Translations under genes and position numbers: made by a program
From: a bacterium
GTDB taxonomy: Bacteria > UBA8248
Length of the DNA stretch: 64,000 nucleotides
Assembly: GCA_965200245.1 (NCBI GenBank)
Contig: CBDATS010000004.1
Span: 1,120,001-1,184,000, forward strand
Direction of reading: 5' to 3'
Shown here: positions 9,096-19,332 of the stretch, one piece after another
How the letters are laid out: the number at the start of each line of letters is the position of its first letter
Numbering within the stretch: position 1 is the first letter of the stretch
The notes under the pieces: model-generated
What the model was told of the DNA's origin: nothing
What the model saw: only the letters and a program-made list of their open reading frames with translations
Databases searched by the model: none

Positions 9096-11345
9096 ATGAG
9101 CAAGCCGGGCGATTCCGGAGATATCCTGGATGCGGGACTGGATGAAGAATCAAAACGGGCAGCAGAGGAAATAGCCGCAGAGGCGGAATCCGGCGGCAGG
9201 CAACCCAAGAACCTCACGGCATGGCTCGTCTCCGTCCTGGCCATCTCCTGGTCGTGTTTCCAGCTCTATATCGCATACACCCCCCTGAACTCGATCATCG
9301 CCAGAAGTATCCACCTCACCTTCGCCATTACAATGGTCTATCTGGCCTTCCCCGGAACGAAAACACCGGGCGAGGGCTGGGTTCAGCGCATGTCCATCCA
9401 GCTTTTCCCCGGTTTCATGCGGCCGCAGCGCTCCACCAGGGAGGTCATCCCCTGGTACGACTACGCGCTTGCCATTCTCGCAGGCATGGGCGCATTCTAC
9501 ATGGCCTGGGATTATGTGAACATCATCCAGCGTTCGGGTCTTCCCATAACGCGCGATGTCGTCGTGGGAACGATTCTCGTCGTCCTCCTTCTGGAGGCCG
9601 CGCGGCGCGCGCTCGGGCCCGCATTACCGATACTCGCCATCGTATTCCTGCTCTATTGTTTCGCGGGTCCCTACATGCCTTCGTTCATCGCGCATCCGGG
9701 CGTTCCGCTCGAATTCGTCGTGGATCACATGTACCTGAGCGACAGCGGCATCTGGGGCGTACCCATCGGGGTGTCCACGAGCTTCGTATTCCTCTTCGTG
9801 CTCTTCGGCTCGCTGCTCGACAAGGCGGGGGCGGCGAACTACTTCGTGCAGGTTGCCTTCGCGGCGCTGGGCCGCTTCCGGGGCGGACCCGCCAAGGCGG
9901 CCGTGGTCGCCTCGGGCATGACGGGTCTGGTCTCGGGTTCGTCCATCGCAAACGTCGCGACGACAGGAACCTTCACGATTCCGCTCATGAAGAAGGTGGG
10001 CCTGCCCCCCTACAAGGCGGGTGCCGTAGAGGTGGGTGCGAGCACGAACGGACAGCTCATGCCCCCGGTCATGGGCGCCGCCGCGTTCATCATGGCTGAG
10101 TTTCTGGGGCTGGCATATCTCGACGTGGTGCGCGCCGCGATTCTGCCGGCCCTGCTTTCCTACATCGCCCTTTTCTACGTCGTGCATCTCGAGGCGCTCA
10201 AGCTTAACCTGAGGCCGCTCGAAGCGGATGAACTGCCTTCTTTCTGGAGCACGCTGATTGGCGGCATACACTACGTCGTCCCCATCCTGGCCCTCATATA
10301 CACGCTCGTTATCCTGCGCATGTCGGCCGTGGCGTCGGCCTTCAACGCGATTCTGCTGACCATGGCGATCATCGTCATCCAGCGTCCCATGGAAAACACC
10401 ATCCATGTCCTGCGTGACATGAAGCGGGAGAAGGGCGTCGAACACCTTCGGGAGCTGTTCGGCGAGGCACACTTCAGACAGCTCGAAGAACGCCTCTGGC
10501 ATGGGGTGCTCGCCGGCTTCGGGCAGAGCTTCGGCGATGTGTGGCAGGGTCTGATGGCGGGTGCGAAGAACATGATGGGCATCGGCGTGGCGACGGCAGC
10601 GGCGGGCATCATCGTCGGCACCGTGACGCTCACGGGTCTCAGCGGCCGCTTCATCGAACTTATCGAAATCGTCTCGCTCGGCAACGTAGTGCTCATGCTC
10701 GTTCTCACGGCGATCTGCTCCCTCGTGCTGGGCATGGGCCTGCCCACGACGGCGAACTACATCGTCATGGCGACGCTCACCGCGCCCGTCATCGTGAGCC
10801 TGGGTGGAAAGGCGGGCCTCGTAGTGCCCCTGCTCGCGGCACATCTGTTCGTTTTCTATTTCGGTATTCTGGCGGACGACACGCCGCCCGTGGGTCTCGC
10901 CGCGTTCGCCGCCTCGGCGATTGCCAAGTCCGATCCCATCCAGACGGGTGTGCAGGGCTTCGTCTACGATCTGCGAACAGCCGTGCTTCCGTTCGTCTTC
11001 ATATACAACCTGGAACTCCTGATGATGCAGGGTGTCGGTCCCAAGGGCGAGATCATCTGGATAAACGATTTTCTCAAAATCGCCTGGGTGTGCGTGGTTT
11101 CCCTGGCGGCGATGTTCGCCTTCGCATCCGCGCTTCAGGGCTATTTCGCCGACAATTGCAACTGGGGCGAACGCGCGATCCTGATGGTGGTGTGCATTTC
11201 GGCGTTCAGACCTTCGCTCATCACGGATTTCACCGGCGGTTCGCGCCCCGTGGTGCAACTCATTGCCGTGGCGATTTTCGCCGCCCTGTACTGGTATCAG
11301 CGAAGCAGGCGAAACGGGCGCACACCGCAGCCCGAGCCCGCCTGA
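9096..11345 (+). CDS. TRAP transporter 4TM/12TM fused permease
   Basis: RGGPAKAAVVAS, SGSSIANV.TTG.FTIPLMK, GQLMPPVMGAAAF, LGMGLPTTANY, ADDTPPV. Confidence 0.93.
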   Translation: MSKPGDSGDILDAGLDEESKRAAEEIAAEAESGGRQPKNLTAWLVSVLAISWSCFQLYIAYTPLNSIIARSIHLTFAITMVYLAFPGTKTPGEGWVQRMSIQLFPGFMRPQRSTREVIPWYDYALAILAGMGAFYMAWDYVNIIQRSGLPITRDVVVGTILVVLLLEAARRALGPALPILAIVFLLYCFAGPYMPSFIAHPGVPLEFVVDHMYLSDSGIWGVPIGVSTSFVFLFVLFGSLLDKAGAANYFVQVAFAALGRFRGGPAKAAVVASGMTGLVSGSSIANVATTGTFTIPLMKKVGLPPYKAGAVEVGASTNGQLMPPVMGAAAFIMAEFLGLAYLDVVRAAILPALLSYIALFYVVHLEALKLNLRPLEADELPSFWSTLIGGIHYVVPILALIYTLVILRMSAVASAFNAILLTMAIIVIQRPMENTIHVLRDMKREKGVEHLRELFGEAHFRQLEERLWHGVLAGFGQSFGDVWQGLMAGAKNMMGIGVATAAAGIIVGTVTLTGLSGRFIELIEIVSLGNVVLMLVLTAICSLVLGMGLPTTANYIVMATLTAPVIVSLGGKAGLVVPLLAAHLFVFYFGILADDTPPVGLAAFAASAIAKSDPIQTGVQGFVYDLRTAVLPFVFIYNLELLMMQGVGPKGEIIWINDFLKIAWVCVVSLAAMFAFASALQGYFADNCNWGERAILMVVCISAFRPSLITDFTGGSRPVVQLIAVAIFAALYWYQRSRRNGRTPQPEPA

Positions 11346-11437
11346 CCCGCCCGGGCCACACAACCTCACTCCAGCCAATTCAGTTTCTCCCACGGTTCCA
11401 GTGCGAGATCGAGTTGTGGTACGCTTGGCGGCCTTGT

Positions 11438-11518
<81 letters not shown>

Positions 11519-11674
11519 AAACTCCCTCTGCATGCCCATTTCCTGCCAATCGGGATGCGCATCCTGAAACTTCATTCCTGCCTGCAGTGCGCAAACCTGC
11601 TCGATTCTGCTACCTTATGGCCGGATGAATCTCCCATATTCATGAATCGTCGTATTTCTTACAGGAGTGCGTTC

Positions 11675-12862
11675 GTGCAGGAACATTCTCTACCACTGTC
11701 CCGTTTCAAGGTTCTGGATCTTACCCGCGCGCGGGCCGGCCCCACGGCAGTTCGCCAGTTCGCGGATTGGGGGGCGGACGTCATCAAGATAGAAGCGCCG
11801 GCAGGAAGCGGCTTTTCGGACAACATGGCCCAGCCCCGTCACGGGTACGAGGCGCAGAACCTGCACCGCAACAAGAAGGGCATGACACTCAACCTGCGCG
11901 AGGAGAAGGGTCGCGGGATATTCTTCCGCATGGTGGAAGGCGCCGATGTTGTCATCGAGAACTACCGGCCCGACGTGAAGCACCGCCTGGGCGTGGACTA
12001 CGAAGCGTGCCGCGCGGTGAACCCGCGCATCGTCTACGGAAGCATTTCCGGTTTCGGGCAGGAGGGGCCCTACCGCAAGCGACCGGGGCTGGACCAGATA
12101 GCCCAGGGACTGAGCGGTCTCATGTCCGTCACGGGCAGGCCGGGGGACGGACCCATGCGGGTGGGCATTCCCCTCGCCGACCTCTCGGCGGGGTTCATGC
12201 TCGCGCAGGGGCTTCTCATCGCACTGCTCGAGCGCGAAGTATCGGGTGAGGGACAGTGGGTGCACACCTCGCTTCTCGAAGCCCAGATCCAGATGATGGA
12301 CTTTCAGGCCGCCCGGTATCTCCGTTTCGATGAAGTGCCCACCCAGCAGGGGAACAACCACCCCACCTTTTTGCCGGCGGGCGTCTTCGAGACGGCGGAC
12401 GGGCGCATCAACATCCAGTCCGGCCCCCAGCATCTCTGGGAACGTCTCGTGCACGCGCTCGAGATGCCCGAACTGCTCGAGAATCCCGACTATGCGGATA
12501 TCCCCAGGCGCTTCGAAAACAAGGTGGCGCTGCAGGAGACCATCGCGCGTCGGACGAAGACGAAATCGAGTGCCGAGTGGATAGGGATTCTCAACGAGGC
12601 GGGAATCCCTTGCGGTCCCATCTACACGGTGGACGAGACGTTCGCCGACCCCCAGGTCAAGGGTCTGAACATGGCACCCGAGGTGGATCATCCCGAGATC
12701 GGGCCGATCAAGATCGTCGGCCAGGCGGTCAAACTCGCACGAACGCCGCAGAAAATGAGAGGCGCCGCGCCCGAGATGGGTGCGCACACGGAGGAGATTC
12801 TGGGAGAATTGGGCTACGATGCGGACTCAATACGCCAATTGCGCGATGAGGGCATCGTCTAG
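11675..12862 (+). CDS. CaiB/BaiF family III CoA-transferase
   Basis: VLDLTRARAGP, GADVIKIE, HRNKK, ADVVIENYRP, SISGFGQEGP; GTG start after AGGAG (the track's upstream extension runs across the tRNA and is spurious). Confidence 0.9.
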   Translation: MQEHSLPLSRFKVLDLTRARAGPTAVRQFADWGADVIKIEAPAGSGFSDNMAQPRHGYEAQNLHRNKKGMTLNLREEKGRGIFFRMVEGADVVIENYRPDVKHRLGVDYEACRAVNPRIVYGSISGFGQEGPYRKRPGLDQIAQGLSGLMSVTGRPGDGPMRVGIPLADLSAGFMLAQGLLIALLEREVSGEGQWVHTSLLEAQIQMMDFQAARYLRFDEVPTQQGNNHPTFLPAGVFETADGRINIQSGPQHLWERLVHALEMPELLENPDYADIPRRFENKVALQETIARRTKTKSSAEWIGILNEAGIPCGPIYTVDETFADPQVKGLNMAPEVDHPEIGPIKIVGQAVKLARTPQKMRGAAPEMGAHTEEILGELGYDADSIRQLRDEGIV

Positions 12863-12905
12863 GAACGATCCTGCCCCCTCGGGGGCGCAGCGTATGGAGC
12901 AAGGC

Positions 12906-13700
12906 ATGCAGTTATCGACGGAGAAGATGGCTTACGAGGTGGACGACGGTATCGGCTGGATGATCTTCAACAACCCGGAGCGAAGGAACGCGCTCTCACT
13001 CGAGATGTGGGGGGCCATCGCCGAGATACTTAACTGGTATGAGGCCGACGACGCCATTCGCGTCGTGGTGATGAAGGGCGCGGGCGACAGGGCGTTCGTC
13101 TCGGGCGCGGACATCTCACAGTTCGCAAAGAACAGGAGCAACGCCGAGCAGGCCGCCGAATATACGCGGATATCCGAAGAGGCCAAACAGGTCATGGGGG
13201 ACGTGAAAAAACCCCTGATCGCGATGATCCGCGGTTACTGTCTTGGCGGCGGGCTGGGAATCGCGTTGAACGCGGACATCCGCATCGCGGCGGATGATTC
13301 GCAGTTCGGAATCCCCGCCGGGCGTCTGGGCATCGCCTACGGCTTCGACAACCTGAAACAACTCGTCGACCTGGTGGGACCCGCCAGGGCGAAGGAGATT
13401 CTTTTCACGGCCCGGCGCATTCCGGCGACGAAGGCACTTGAAATCGGACTGGTGAACGAGGTGGTGCCCGTGGATGAACTCGAGGATTACGTGATGGACA
13501 TGGCCTCCACCATCGCGGACAACGCGCCGCTTTCGGTCAAGGCGTCGAAGCTCACCATTGGCGAAGTGGTGAAAGACGGCGCGGATCGCGATTTCGAGAT
13601 GATCGCGAGGCTTTCCGAGGAATGCTTCAACAGTGCCGACTACAAAGAGGGCCGCACCGCGTTCATGGAAAAGAGAAAACCCGTCTTCACGGGCCGATAA
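12906..13700 (+). CDS. Enoyl-CoA hydratase/isomerase (crotonase) family protein
   Basis: NNPERRNAL, AFVSGADI, KPLIAMIRGYCLGGGLGIA, DYKEGRTAFMEKRKPVF. Confidence 0.92.
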   Translation: MQLSTEKMAYEVDDGIGWMIFNNPERRNALSLEMWGAIAEILNWYEADDAIRVVVMKGAGDRAFVSGADISQFAKNRSNAEQAAEYTRISEEAKQVMGDVKKPLIAMIRGYCLGGGLGIALNADIRIAADDSQFGIPAGRLGIAYGFDNLKQLVDLVGPARAKEILFTARRIPATKALEIGLVNEVVPVDELEDYVMDMASTIADNAPLSVKASKLTIGEVVKDGADRDFEMIARLSEECFNSADYKEGRTAFMEKRKPVFTGR

Positions 13701-13722
13701 TCCGCCGGGCCGGGAGAATCCA

Positions 13723-14304
13723 GTGAACGATGAGAGATTCGTCAACGTCATCTCTCCCGAGGGTATCCCCAGGATACCGGATGAAGCGCTCAATCCCAGG
13801 CCCGGGACGCTGGGGGGCGCCACTCTCGGAATTCTCGAGAACAACAAGGAGTTTTCCGACTGGGTGCTGGACAGGGTGCGCGAGAGGCTTCGGGATTCCT
13901 TTGACATCAAGAACGTCGTCCAGCGCTGCAAGCATCACCTCGCCCAGCCGGCGGCACCTGAAATTCTCGAAGAACTGAGCGCAAACTGCGATGTCGTCAT
14001 GGTCGGTGTGGGCCACTGAGGCTCTTCCACGTCGTGGAGTGTCCGCGACGCGGTCCGGCTCGAAAGGCTGGGGAGTCCCGCCTGCGTTATCGTGAGCCGG
14101 GGCTTCAGCTACAGTGGGCGCGCGATAGCGCGCAGACAGGGCTATGGCGGCCTGCCTGTCATCGAGATGGATCACCCCCTCGCCGCTCCCGAAAGGGATG
14201 CGCTTCATCCGAAGGCGGACGCCATCGTGGAGGAAGTCGTTTTCGCCCTCACGCGCAACGCGGAGAAAAAATTCCGGGGGCCGGTGAATCTTTGCCCGAA
14301 ATAG
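13723..14304 (+). CDS. UGSC-family selenoprotein (193 aa); Sec encoded by TGA 14017-14019; motif G-H-U-G-S-S
   Basis: ORFs 13633-14019 and 14092-14304 are in the same frame, separated only by one TGA; read-through gives DVVMVGVGH-U-GSSTSWSVRDAVRLERLGSPACVIVS...HPLA; GTG start after GGGAGA; SECIS-like hairpin follows the TGA. Confidence 0.8.
14030..14050 (+). promoter_or_regulatory. Candidate bacterial SECIS element
   Basis: Stem CGTCGTGGA / TCCGCGACG (9 bp, one G-U pair), apical loop GTG, starting at +11 after the TGA. Confidence 0.65.
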
Positions 14305-14316
14305 GGGAGAGGGGAT

Positions 14317-15389
14317 TTGGCCGGGAACGCAGGAAACCCCGCCTCCGGGGCGGGCAGGCGGATTCTGCCGATCGCGGGTTCCCTCGAAGAGGTGAACACC
14401 TATTTCTACGAGCACGGCTGGACGGACGGCCTGCCCATCGTCCCGCCAACGCGCGAACGGGTGGAGACCCTGCTCGCAGGCTGGACGGACGACCGGATGA
14501 GGAGATCGCGGAAGTTCCTCCGCTAATGGGGGTGGCAACGGTACGTGCCGTCGCGGTGAACGCCGTGATGGCGGGATGCTTGCCCGAATATCTGCCCGTG
14601 GTCGTTGCGGCCCTGTCCGCCGCCACCAAGCCGCGCTATGGGCTCAGTCACCGTCAAACGACGACTCACCCCGCCACCGCGCTCATCATCGTGAACGGTC
14701 CCATCGCCAAGCGGCTCAGGATTAATTCGGGTTCGGGCCTGTTCGGCCCCGGCTGGCGGGCGAACGCGACGATAGGCCGTGCGCTCAGGCTATGCCTCAT
14801 CAACCTGGGCGGCGCCGTTCCCGGCGAGGTGGACCGCGCCCAGCACGCACATCCGGGGAAATACACCTACTGCATTGCGGAAAACGAAAGGGCGAACCCC
14901 TGGGAGCCTTATCACGTCGAGCGCGGCTTCGCGCCGATGGAGAGCACGGTGACACTCACCTGCGGCGAGGCCCCCCACTGCATCACGGACAACTACAACA
15001 CTGACCCCCACACGCTTCTTTTCGGCTACGCGGACTCGATGGCCACACTGGGCGGGAACAATCTCTCCTCCCAGGGAGAGCCCGCCCTGGTCATGGCGCC
15101 CGAACACGCCGCCTGTATCGCACAGGCGGGCTGGAGCAAGGCGGACGTGAAACGCTACCTCTTCGAGAAGGCGAGGAAACCCTGGAAGCATGTGGGCGTC
15201 CGGGGAAAATCGAAAGGCCCGACCTTTCCTGTCTGGGTCGACAGGACGGACCCCGAAGCCTCCGTGCCCATCCTTACCCACGCTGACGCCCTCATTCTCA
15301 TCGTGGGGGGAGGCGAGGGCCAGAAATCCATGTGGACACCCACCCCCGGCGCGCAGACGCTGAGCGTGATCGAAAAAATCCGGGAATAA
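14317..15389 (+). pseudogene. UGSC-associated uncharacterised protein (~357 aa) interrupted by a 1-nt frameshift near 14482-14495 (real or sequencing error)
   Basis: N-terminal part FYEHGWTDGLPIVPPTRERVE is in one frame; AVNAVMAGCLPEYLPVV...IVNGP...RANATIGRALRL...HPGKYTYCIAENE continues in another. Confidence 0.75.
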
Positions 15390-15781
15390 GGGCAGGAACT
15401 TGTGGCAGGAATTTCTGGTCTCCTGCATGAAAACGACGGGAAATGGTGAAATGAAAAACCCTGCCAGGTTATGAGACCCAGTGGATCAACCCAGGATGAA
15501 AGAAGATATCGTTTTTCCCTTGAGTCTGCTTTCGAAGAGTGAGGTCCAGCGCTCATCGCGACCTGCGTTGGACGACACCCGCGCACCAGGAGCACGTCGA
15601 AGGTAGCCGCCGATACCGGTTATGGGTAGAAAGAGCCCCTGCAAGGCACTCTTGCCTGACGGAAATCACCGAGTGCGCCACCCTGCCCAGGGTCACGCGC
15701 GCCCTGGGCTTTCATGTTCATCCATCGGCCCGAGAGGAACGTGACTTCCCTCGTCTCTCCCACAATATCCGGGGAAAAAAT

Positions 15782-15810
15782 TTGAGAGATTTTTCCCGTT
15801 GTGTTATCCT
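15782..15810 (+). promoter_or_regulatory. Sigma70-like promoter of the aap operon
   Basis: TTGAGA, 17-nt spacer, TATCCT with extended -10 TG. Confidence 0.5.
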
Positions 15811-15892
15811 GAATCATCGAAACGGAATATGAACATTTGTGAGTGTTTATTATCCCTGAACGTCCGTGAGAACCCACAAGGAGAGGACTGAA

Positions 15893-16918
15893 ATGAAAAA
15901 GTACATGTTCAACGTAGTTTTCGTAATGACCATCCTAGCAATGACAGCAGGTGCCGCATTCGCTGCCAGCCCGACCCTGGAAACGGTGAAAAAGCGGGGC
16001 CAGCTCATTTGCGGTGTCAACACCGGCCTCACCGGCTTCTCGGCACCCGATGACAAGGGTGTCTGGAGGGGTTTCGACGTCGATTACTGCCGCGGCATCA
16101 GCGCCGCCGTATTCGGCAACCCCGACAAGGTGAGTTACAAGCCGTTGACTGGAAAGACGCGTTTCCCGGCGCTTCAGTCGGGCGAGATCGACGTTCTCTC
16201 GCGTAACACGACATGGACTTTCAAGCGTGACGTGAACCTCGGCTTCGAGTTTGTGGGCGTGTTGTACTACGACGGGCAGGGCTTCATCGCGCGCAAGTCC
16301 CTGGGCGTCAAGAGCGCCAAGGAGCTGAACGGTGCCTCGATCTGCATCCAGACGGGCACGACGACCGAGCTCAACCTAGCGGACTTTTTCCGCAGCAACA
16401 AGATGAAGTTCAAATCGGTCGTCGTCGAGGATGCGGCCGAGGCGCGCCAGAACTACGCCGCGAATCGCTGCGATGCATACACGACGGACCGTTCCGGCCT
16501 CGCAGCACAGCGTTCCGTGCTCAAGAACCCCGCCGACCACGTGATTCTTCCCGAAATCATCTCCAAAGAGCCTCTCGGCCCCGTCGTTCGCCACGGCGAC
16601 AATGTGTGGGGCGACATCGCCCGCTGGGTGCGCAACGCTCTCATCGTCGCGGAAGAATTCGGCGTCACCTCGAAGAACGTCGACGCGATGAAGAAGTCGA
16701 ACAACCCCGAGGTGAAACGCCTCCTCGGTCAGGAAGGCGACTTCGGAAGCATGCTCGGCCTCCCGAAAGACTGGGCCTACAACGTCATCAAGAGCGTGGG
16801 CAACTACTCGGAGATCTACGAGCGCCACATCGGCCCCAAGACGGCCATCGGCCTCGCTCGCGGCTACAACCAGCTTTGGACGAAGGGCGGCATTCTCTAC
16901 GCGCCTCCGTTCCGCTAA
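15893..16918 (+). CDS. aapJ: General L-amino acid ABC transporter substrate-binding protein
   Basis: TLETVKKRGQLICGV, GFDVDYCR, LSRNTTWT, YYDGQGF, ISKEPLGP, GILYAPPFR. Confidence 0.93.
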   Translation: MKKYMFNVVFVMTILAMTAGAAFAASPTLETVKKRGQLICGVNTGLTGFSAPDDKGVWRGFDVDYCRGISAAVFGNPDKVSYKPLTGKTRFPALQSGEIDVLSRNTTWTFKRDVNLGFEFVGVLYYDGQGFIARKSLGVKSAKELNGASICIQTGTTTELNLADFFRSNKMKFKSVVVEDAAEARQNYAANRCDAYTTDRSGLAAQRSVLKNPADHVILPEIISKEPLGPVVRHGDNVWGDIARWVRNALIVAEEFGVTSKNVDAMKKSNNPEVKRLLGQEGDFGSMLGLPKDWAYNVIKSVGNYSEIYERHIGPKTAIGLARGYNQLWTKGGILYAPPFR

Positions 16919-16977
16919 GCCAGCCAAACTGATAAAGCAAGAACGCACCGTCGGCGATTTTTTCATTCCGGGGGCAC

Positions 16978-18180
16978 TTGATGGCGGCGGGTACTCAAGA
17001 AGGCGGCGGACGCCAAGGTTCCTCGAGTTGGTGGTACGACCCGAAAACCCGGGCGATCGTGTTTCAGGTCGCCTTCGCATTGTCCCTCATCGGCATTGCG
17101 ATTTACCTCGTCCACAACACGCTCATCAATCTCGAAAAACGGAACATCAAGACGGGTTTCGATTTTCTTTTCAACCCGGCGGGCTTCGAGATTCCCCTCA
17201 CGCTCATCCCGTATTCCGTCGAGACGGGCTCGACCCACGGAGCGGTCTTCATCGCCGGCCTGCTGAACACGTTCCTGATATCGGCCCTCGGGATCGTGCT
17301 GGCGACGGTTCTCGGCTTCATACTCGGCGTGCTCAGGCTCTCGAACAACTGGCTGGTATCAAGACTGGTGGGCGTCTACATCGAGTCGGTACGCAATGTG
17401 CCGCTTCTGCTGCAGTTCCTGTTCTGGCATTTCGCGGTCTTTCAGTCGCTGCCCCTGGTACGCCGGGCAATACCGATTTTTGACACGATTTACATCCATA
17501 ACCGCGGCCTCACGGTTCCCAGACCCATACCCCTGCCGGGCTTCATGGTGGTAGCAGTGTCGGTCTTCGTCGCGGTCGCGGCGATTATCTATCTCAGGAA
17601 ATGGGCGCGCAGGCGGCAGGACGAGACGGGTGAGCAGTTCCCCGTCTTCTGGGCATCGCTTGGCATCCTGATAGGTGTTCCGTTACTCGCCTCGGCCGTG
17701 GCCGGCTTTCCGCTCACATGGGAATACGCAAAACTGGGCCGGTTCCGCTTCACGGGTGGGCTGGAAATCCAGATAGAGCTCTTCTCCGCATTGACTGCGC
17801 TCACGGTCTACACTTCATCGTTCATCGCCGAGATCGTGCGGGCGGGCATCCTCGCCGTATCGCACGGACAGCGCGAAGCCTCCTATTCGCTGGGAGTACG
17901 GCCGGAGCCGACATTACGGCTCGTCATCATCCCCCAGGCACTCCGTGTCATTGTGCCGCCACTGGTGAGTCAGTATCTCAACCTCACGAAAAACTCCTCG
18001 CTCGGCATCGCCATCGGCTATCCCGATCTGTTCAACGTCTTCGGCGGCATCTCGCTGAACCAGACTGGACAGGCCATAGAGATTATCTTCATGTGCATGG
18101 TCGTCTATCTGACCTTCAGTCTGCTGATATCGCTCTACATGAACTGGTACAACAGGCGCATTTCGCTGGTGGAGCGGTGA
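16978..18180 (+). CDS. aapQ: General L-amino acid ABC transporter permease
   Basis: GLLNT, RNVPLLLQ, AEIVRAGI, SQYLNLTKNSSL, LNQTGQAIE. Confidence 0.92.
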   Translation: MMAAGTQEGGGRQGSSSWWYDPKTRAIVFQVAFALSLIGIAIYLVHNTLINLEKRNIKTGFDFLFNPAGFEIPLTLIPYSVETGSTHGAVFIAGLLNTFLISALGIVLATVLGFILGVLRLSNNWLVSRLVGVYIESVRNVPLLLQFLFWHFAVFQSLPLVRRAIPIFDTIYIHNRGLTVPRPIPLPGFMVVAVSVFVAVAAIIYLRKWARRRQDETGEQFPVFWASLGILIGVPLLASAVAGFPLTWEYAKLGRFRFTGGLEIQIELFSALTALTVYTSSFIAEIVRAGILAVSHGQREASYSLGVRPEPTLRLVIIPQALRVIVPPLVSQYLNLTKNSSLGIAIGYPDLFNVFGGISLNQTGQAIEIIFMCMVVYLTFSLLISLYMNWYNRRISLVER

Positions 18181-18184
18181 TTCC

Positions 18185-19315
18185 ATGAGCGCATTCGCGA
18201 ACAATCCGGGCGGGGGCTTCGTGCGCACCGAGCACATACTGCAGTCACCACCGCCGGTCTCGACCGTAGGCATCCTGGGCTGGATGCGGGCGAACCTCTT
18301 CTCTTCGCCGTTCAACACGGCACTCACGCTGCTTACACTCTACATCCTGTATTCCTTCGTTCCGCCGCTGTTCGAGTGGGCCTTCATCAACTCGCTCTGG
18401 GAGGGGCAATCCAACAAGGACTGCCGGGGCATCGAGGGTGCCTGCTGGGTACTGGTGCCGAAGCGATTCGGACAGTTCATCTACGGCTTCTACCCGGAAC
18501 CCGAACGCTGGCGGGTGAACCTGACCTTCATCCTGTTCTGTCTGAACCTTCTGCCGGTGCTCTCGGACAGGGTACCGGGCCGCACGTTCGCGGCGCTTTT
18601 CCTGGTCTTCGGTTTTCCCGTCATCGCCTACTTTCTGCTCCACGGGGCTTTCGGACTGGAGACCGTACCGACGAACAACTGGGGTGGCCTGACGCTCACG
18701 CTCGTATTCGCCTCGGTTGCCATACTGTTCTCCCTGCCCATCGGGATTCTGCTCGCACTCGGGCGGCGCTCGGAAATGCCCGTCGTCCGCACCGTCTGCA
18801 TCGCCTTCATCGAACTCTGGCGCGCGGTGCCGCTCATCACCGTGCTCTTCATGGCCTCGTTCATGCTCCCCCTGTTCACGCCGGAGGGAGTGAACGCCAA
18901 CGAACTGCTGCGCGCCCTGATCGGCTTCACCATGTTCTCATCCGCCTATATGGCCGAGGTCGTGCGAGGCGGTCTTCAGGCCCTTCCCAAAGGCCAGACG
19001 GAAGCCGCCCAGGCGCTGGGGCTCAACTATTGGCTCTCGATGCAGCTCATCATTCTGCCCCAGGCACTCAAGATCGTGATTCCAGGCATCGTCAACACCT
19101 TCATCGCGCTTTTCAAGGATACGGCGCTGGTCTCGATTATCGGACTGTTCGACTTGCTGCTCGTGGCCCGGTCCGCCGTAACGGACCCCAAATGGCTGGG
19201 CCTTGAGCATGAATCCTATACCTTCGCCGCCGTCATCTATTTTGTTTTCTGTTTCAGCATGTCGCGCTACAGCCTCTGGCTTGAGCGCAAGCTAGACACG
19301 GGCCACAGAAACTAA
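18185..19315 (+). CDS. aapM: General L-amino acid ABC transporter permease
   Basis: [40 protein letters not shown]. Confidence 0.92.
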   Translation: MSAFANNPGGGFVRTEHILQSPPPVSTVGILGWMRANLFSSPFNTALTLLTLYILYSFVPPLFEWAFINSLWEGQSNKDCRGIEGACWVLVPKRFGQFIYGFYPEPERWRVNLTFILFCLNLLPVLSDRVPGRTFAALFLVFGFPVIAYFLLHGAFGLETVPTNNWGGLTLTLVFASVAILFSLPIGILLALGRRSEMPVVRTVCIAFIELWRAVPLITVLFMASFMLPLFTPEGVNANELLRALIGFTMFSSAYMAEVVRGGLQALPKGQTEAAQALGLNYWLSMQLIILPQALKIVIPGIVNTFIALFKDTALVSIIGLFDLLLVARSAVTDPKWLGLEHESYTFAAVIYFVFCFSMSRYSLWLERKLDTGHRN

Positions 19316-19332
19316 GGGGAGAGAATGCGCCC

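Noticed and set aside
9624-11393. Long antisense or alternate-frame ORFs (also 1326-2867, 25230-26756, 36732-38522, 63291-63995)
   Set aside because: These are shadow ORFs of well-supported genes in GC-rich DNA and show no recognisable motifs.
15390-15780. Possible ncRNA or gene in the gap before aapJ
   Set aside because: There are only short hairpins, no recognisable RNA motif and no ORF with RBS or motif support.
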